64,000 nucleotides of DNA from Desulfatiglandales bacterium (GTDB taxonomy: Bacteria; Desulfobacterota; DSM-4660; Desulfatiglandales; HGW-15): contig CAXXJJ010000001.1 of assembly GCA_963667015.2 (NCBI GenBank), forward strand, positions 2,432,001 to 2,496,000. Direction: 5' to 3'. Below, piece by piece: positions 59,639-64,000 of this stretch (positions are counted from its first letter, which is position 1; each line of letters opens with the position of its first letter). Position numbers and translations under genes: made by a program. The notes below the pieces were generated by a model. It did not search any database. It saw nothing but the letters and a program-made list of their open reading frames with translations, and was not told where the DNA came from.

Positions 59639-62296
59639 ATGCCTGAAACAGTACACAGGGAGATCATTACTACCCATATCAATGCTGATTTCGATGCCCT
59701 TTCATCAATGGTGGCGGCAAAGAAGCTCTATCCTGATGCGACTATTGTTTTCCCCGGCTCACAGGAAAAGAATCTCCGCAATTTCTTTATCCATTCATTG
59801 TCATATCTTTTCAGCTTCACGAGAACGAGGCAGATTGATTTTGATGCAGTTGAAAGGCTTATCCTTGTCGATACACGACAAAGAGACAGGATTGGAAAGT
59901 TTTCGGAAATACTGGATAAAAAAGGACTTGATATCCATATCTATGACCACCATCCAGCTTCAAACAATGATATAAAAGGAAGCATGGAGGTCATTAAATC
60001 CCTGGGATCAACTACAACCATTCTTGCTCAGATGTTAAGGGAAAAGGGTATTAAACTGAATTCCGATGAAGCCACGGTTATGCTCCTTGGCATTCATGAA
60101 GACACCGGATCATTTACCTTTTCATCCACAACTCCCGATGACCATATCATTGCGGCCTGGCTTACGGAACAGGGTGTGGATCAGAATATACTAGCCGGTC
60201 TTCTTACAAGAGAGTTGACGGCCGAACAGGTATGGATATTGAATGACCTCACTCAATCGGCCGTAAAGAGCGTCATAAACGGCGTTGAGGTGGTTATAGC
60301 AAAGGTAGTTAGAGAGGAATATATCGGGGATTTTGCTGTGCTGGTCCATAAATTTATGGATATGGAAAACCTTCAGGTCCTCTTTGCCCTGGCCCAGATG
60401 GAGGACAAGATATATCTTGTAGGCAGAAGCCGGACCGAGGAAGTAAATGTTGCTGAAATAGCGCTTGAATTCGGAGGGGGCGGGCATCCCCAGGCAGCAT
60501 CGGCAACCATAAGCAAAAAAACAGTAATACAGGTGGAGAGTGCCTTACAGAGACTGCTTAAGGAACGGATAAATCCGGGGAAAATGGCAAGAGACATGAT
60601 GACATCACCCGTTATTCATGTTCTTCCTGAAAGGACTGTAAAGGACGCATCAACCCTTATGACCAGGTACAATATCAATGTCCTGGTTGTCGTTAATAAA
60701 AAGGGGGGTCTTGAAGGTTATATAACAAGGCAGATAATGGAAAAGGCAGTCTTTTTTAATCTTGGACACCTGCCGGTCAAGGAGTATATGAATATCGAGT
60801 TTCACACGGTTACTCCTGAGACGCCTTTGAGTGAAGTACAGGAACTTATCATAAAGAATAACCTGAGGATACTGCCTGTATTAAAGGAAGGTTCGCTTGT
60901 GGGCGTTATTACACGTACCGACTTGATGAATATCCTTGTCGGCGGACCTGTTATTAATGATTTTTTATATGACTCCTCTCACAGCGCTCATTTTTTAAAA
61001 AATAAAAACCTTGCACCTATGCTCAGGGAACGGCTGCCTGAAAACATTACTGCAATCTGCAAGGAGTTCGGGGACTGTGCTGACAGACTTGGCTTTAAGG
61101 CTTACCTGGTCGGAGGGCTGGTAAGGGATATCCTGTTAAAACAGGAGAATTTCGATATTGATGTTGTAGTTGAGGGAGATGGGATCACCTTTGCCTACGA
61201 GTATGCCAAAGATCATGATGTAAGGGTCAGGAGCCATAAAAAATTCGGAACCGCCGTGCTTATATTCCCGGATGGTTTTAAGGTTGATGTTGCCACAGCC
61301 CGCATGGAATATTATGAGACTCCGGCTGCGCCTCCTACAGTTGAGACAAGTTCTCTTAAAATGGATCTTTACAGAAGAGATTTTACAATCAATACCCTGG
61401 CAGTTAAGCTTAACAGAAGAAACTACGGTGATCTTATAGACTACTTTGGTGCGCAGAAGGATATCAGGGAAAAGGTCGTAAGGGTTCTACATAACCTTAG
61501 TTTTGTCGAGGACCCTACCCGTGTTTTAAGGGCAGTAAGGTTTGAGCAGCGCTTTGGTTTTAGAATAGGCAGGCTTACCCTTTCGCTTATAAAAAACGCG
61601 GTGGATATAAACTGCTTTAAGGACCTTTCCGGAAGAAGGCTTTTTATGGAACTCAAACTTCTTCTCATGGAAAATGATCCTGTAAAGGCAATAGAAAGGA
61701 TGCATCAGCTTGAACTTATCCAGTTTATTTCGCCGTATATTAATTACAGTGAAAAACTGCTGAAATTAATGGAAAATATCAATGAGGTTGTTTCCTGGTT
61801 CGGCCTGCTTTTCCTGGATGAGGCATGTGAGACATGGAAGATATACTGGTTTGGCCTGACCTCAAATCTTGAGCAGGATCAATATATTGATCTTTCTGCA
61901 AGGCTTATGATGAATGACCTTGAATGCCAGAGAATGGCCGATCACCGGGAGGTATCGTGGCGGCTTATCGACAGTCTGTACAGGACAGAAAGTGATGATA
62001 ATTATAGTATCTATACTTTACTCTCTCAATATGATACAGAATTCCTGCTTTTTATTATGGCAAAAGCAAACAATGAGAAGATAAAAAAGGTTATATCCAA
62101 TTATTTCACGAGATTAAAGAGGATATCCATCAGCCTGAAGGGCAGGGATTTAAAGAATATGGGATTTGAACCGGGGCCGTTATACAAAAAGATATTTGAA
62201 AGCCTGCTTGAGGCAAGGCTTAAAAACCTGGTTAACAGCAAAAAGGAAGAGCTGGATTTCGTAAAGACCCGGTTTGTGAATCAGCCCGGTGAATAG
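59639..62296 (+). CDS. DHH + CBS + class II tRNA nucleotidyltransferase (A-adding-type architecture)
   Basis: THINADFD, YDHH, GGGHPQAAS, CBS pair, VGGLVRD..DID, RRDFTIN, EDPTRVLRA. Confidence 0.88.
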   Translation: MPETVHREIITTHINADFDALSSMVAAKKLYPDATIVFPGSQEKNLRNFFIHSLSYLFSFTRTRQIDFDAVERLILVDTRQRDRIGKFSEILDKKGLDIHIYDHHPASNNDIKGSMEVIKSLGSTTTILAQMLREKGIKLNSDEATVMLLGIHEDTGSFTFSSTTPDDHIIAAWLTEQGVDQNILAGLLTRELTAEQVWILNDLTQSAVKSVINGVEVVIAKVVREEYIGDFAVLVHKFMDMENLQVLFALAQMEDKIYLVGRSRTEEVNVAEIALEFGGGGHPQAASATISKKTVIQVESALQRLLKERINPGKMARDMMTSPVIHVLPERTVKDASTLMTRYNINVLVVVNKKGGLEGYITRQIMEKAVFFNLGHLPVKEYMNIEFHTVTPETPLSEVQELIIKNNLRILPVLKEGSLVGVITRTDLMNILVGGPVINDFLYDSSHSAHFLKNKNLAPMLRERLPENITAICKEFGDCADRLGFKAYLVGGLVRDILLKQENFDIDVVVEGDGITFAYEYAKDHDVRVRSHKKFGTAVLIFPDGFKVDVATARMEYYETPAAPPTVETSSLKMDLYRRDFTINTLAVKLNRRNYGDLIDYFGAQKDIREKVVRVLHNLSFVEDPTRVLRAVRFEQRFGFRIGRLTLSLIKNAVDINCFKDLSGRRLFMELKLLLMENDPVKAIERMHQLELIQFISPYINYSEKLLKLMENINEVVSWFGLLFLDEACETWKIYWFGLTSNLEQDQYIDLSARLMMNDLECQRMADHREVSWRLIDSLYRTESDDNYSIYTLLSQYDTEFLLFIMAKANNEKIKKVISNYFTRLKRISISLKGRDLKNMGFEPGPLYKKIFESLLEARLKNLVNSKKEELDFVKTRFVNQPGE

Positions 62297-62348
62297 ATTT
62301 ACATCAATAAGATTGAGCCTATCTTAAAAAAATGAGGAGAGTGTATTA

Positions 62349-63332
62349 ATGAAGAAGAGAATTGTAAGTGGTATGCGAACAACCGGGAAATTACATCTGG
62401 GGCATCTTCATGGTGCTTTAAATAACTGGATGAACCTTCAGGAAGAGTATGAATGCTTTTTTTTTGCCGCCGACTGGCATGCCCTTACAAGTGAGTATGC
62501 CAATTCAAAGATAATCAAGGAATCGGTAAATGAAATACTGAAAGACTGGATATCTGTAGGACTTGACCCGGAAAAATCAACATTTTTTATTCAGTCGGCA
62601 ATAAAAGAGCATGCAGAGCTGCATCTTTTATTTTCAATGATTACACCGCTTCCATGGCTCGAGAGAAACCCAACCTATAAGGACCAGCTCAAGGAACTGA
62701 CGCAGAAAGATCTGTATACATACGGCTTTCTCGGCTATCCGGTTCTGCAGGCCGCAGATATCCTGATGTACAAGGCAAACGGAGTCCCTGTGGGTGAAGA
62801 TCAGTCGCCCCATGTTGAACTGACACGGGAGATAGCAAGGCGTTTTAACCATCTCTACCAGAAGGAGGTGTTCCCCGAGCCTGCAACTCTCCTTGCTCCG
62901 ACATCAAGGATTCTTGGTCTTGACAGGCGTAAAATGAGTAAAAGTTATAATAATTCAATTTATTTAACCGATACTGATAAAGAAATAATGACCGGAGTCG
63001 GTCAGATGATTACCGACCCGCAGCGTGCCAGAAAATCGGATCCGGGAGATCCGGATGTATGTAACGTATTTACATTTCACCAGATTTACAGCCCTGAAGA
63101 TATGGTCAACCGGATCAACGAGGAATGCAGGAAGGCTGAAATAGGCTGTGTTGTATGCAAAAAGATGATGGCAGAAAACCTTATCAATGCCCTTCAGCCC
63201 ATCAGGGAAAAAAGAAATGAGCTGGATTCCAATCCTGATATGGTGAAGGAAATTATTGACAAAGGTAATAAAAGAGCTAAAGCTATCGCCGAAAAAACCA
63301 TGGCAGAGGTCAAAGAAGTTATTGGAATATAA
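62349..63332 (+). CDS. trpS: Tryptophanyl-tRNA synthetase
   Basis: HLGH, ADWHALT, GEDQ, KMSKS. Confidence 0.97.
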   Translation: MKKRIVSGMRTTGKLHLGHLHGALNNWMNLQEEYECFFFAADWHALTSEYANSKIIKESVNEILKDWISVGLDPEKSTFFIQSAIKEHAELHLLFSMITPLPWLERNPTYKDQLKELTQKDLYTYGFLGYPVLQAADILMYKANGVPVGEDQSPHVELTREIARRFNHLYQKEVFPEPATLLAPTSRILGLDRRKMSKSYNNSIYLTDTDKEIMTGVGQMITDPQRARKSDPGDPDVCNVFTFHQIYSPEDMVNRINEECRKAEIGCVVCKKMMAENLINALQPIREKRNELDSNPDMVKEIIDKGNKRAKAIAEKTMAEVKEVIGI

Positions 63333-63336
63333 ATAA

Positions 63337-64000
63337 GTGGAAGATAGAGACGACTATAACGTAAGGCTGGAGATTTTTGAGGGCCCCCTGGATCTGCTGC
63401 TTCATCTGATACGTAAGAATGAAGTGGATATCTTTGATATTCCTATTTCACTTATAACTGATCAGTATCTTGCGTATATTGACATGATGAAGGCTCTTAA
63501 TATTAATGTGGCAGGTGATTTTCTTGTTATGGCGTCAACCCTTATCCATATTAAATCAAGGCTTCTTCTGCCGGAAAAAAATGAGGACGGTGAAGAGGAA
63601 GACCCGAGAGAGGAACTTACAAGACCGCTTCTTGAATATATGCAGTTCAAGGAGCTTGCAGGGGAGCTGTCGGAAAGGGCGATGCTTGAGCGGGATGTTT
63701 TTCAGCGCAAGCCTGACAAAGACTATTCCGCTGATTTTGAACCAGAGGATCAGCAGATTGAGGTTAATCTCTTCCAGCTCATGGATGCCTTTAAAAGGAT
63801 ATTGGAAAGCAATATACCCGAGGCTGAGATAACATTCCGGGACGCCGGCTTCTCGATAAATGACAAGATAAGCTTTATTCTGGATTTATTAAAAGAAAAA
63901 AAATCATTATATTTTAAAGAACTTTTTGCTGACGACAGAACCCTTGCCGAGTTTGTTATCACATTTCTTGCGGTGCTGGAACTTGTACATATGGGGCTTA
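63337..64000 (+). CDS. scpA: Segregation/condensation protein A (partial, runs off the window)
   Basis: GTG start, then VRLEIFEGPLDLLLHLI..DIPI..FLVMASTLIHIKSRLLLP; absent from the ORF track because there is no stop in the window. Confidence 0.93.
   Translation, partial: MEDRDDYNVRLEIFEGPLDLLLHLIRKNEVDIFDIPISLITDQYLAYIDMMKALNINVAGDFLVMASTLIHIKSRLLLPEKNEDGEEEDPREELTRPLLEYMQFKELAGELSERAMLERDVFQRKPDKDYSADFEPEDQQIEVNLFQLMDAFKRILESNIPEAEITFRDAGFSINDKISFILDLLKEKKSLYFKELFADDRTLAEFVITFLAVLELVHMGL

Noticed and set aside
63506..63832. 108-aa ORF in the track
   Set aside because: Shadow frame of scpA.

Overview
Bacterial chromosomal window, roughly 40-45% GC by eye. Gene content and style (sigma-54 promoters, Cache/PAS hybrid kinases, DHH-CBS tRNA nucleotidyltransferase next to trpS-scpA, GEMM riboswitches) suggest a Desulfobacterota-like anaerobe, which is an inference. 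I see no rRNA, tRNA, CRISPR array, integrase or transposase. The right end (55.9-64 kb) is core genome: comM/yifB, rpoZ, dnaJ, dksA, tRNA nucleotidyltransferase, trpS, partial scpA. The rest is accessory or metabolic: lipid enzymes, phosphatase, toxin-antitoxin modules, deaD, cls, signalling proteins, a hexuronate (uxuA/uxuB/eda/kdgK/uxaC) cluster and an RND pump. Highlights: (1) a solitary ParB-HTH-DNA amino-methyltransferase fusion whose coding sequence contains a perfect 18-bp-arm palindrome beside an HTH, with a sigma-54-like promoter and paired enhancer-like sites, bracketed by near-identical inverted repeat copies; (2) two tandem paralogous PKD-repeat surface proteins, each with a sigma-54 promoter and a c-di-GMP-I riboswitch (one canonical, one structurally variant) and a conserved RBS-sequestering platform; (3) several gene relics missed by the ORF track (class D beta-lactamase, fosX, guaB, others) cut by clean deletions; (4) many nested REP/MITE-like hairpin elements. 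Family assignments come from motif recognition and memory, not database searches.
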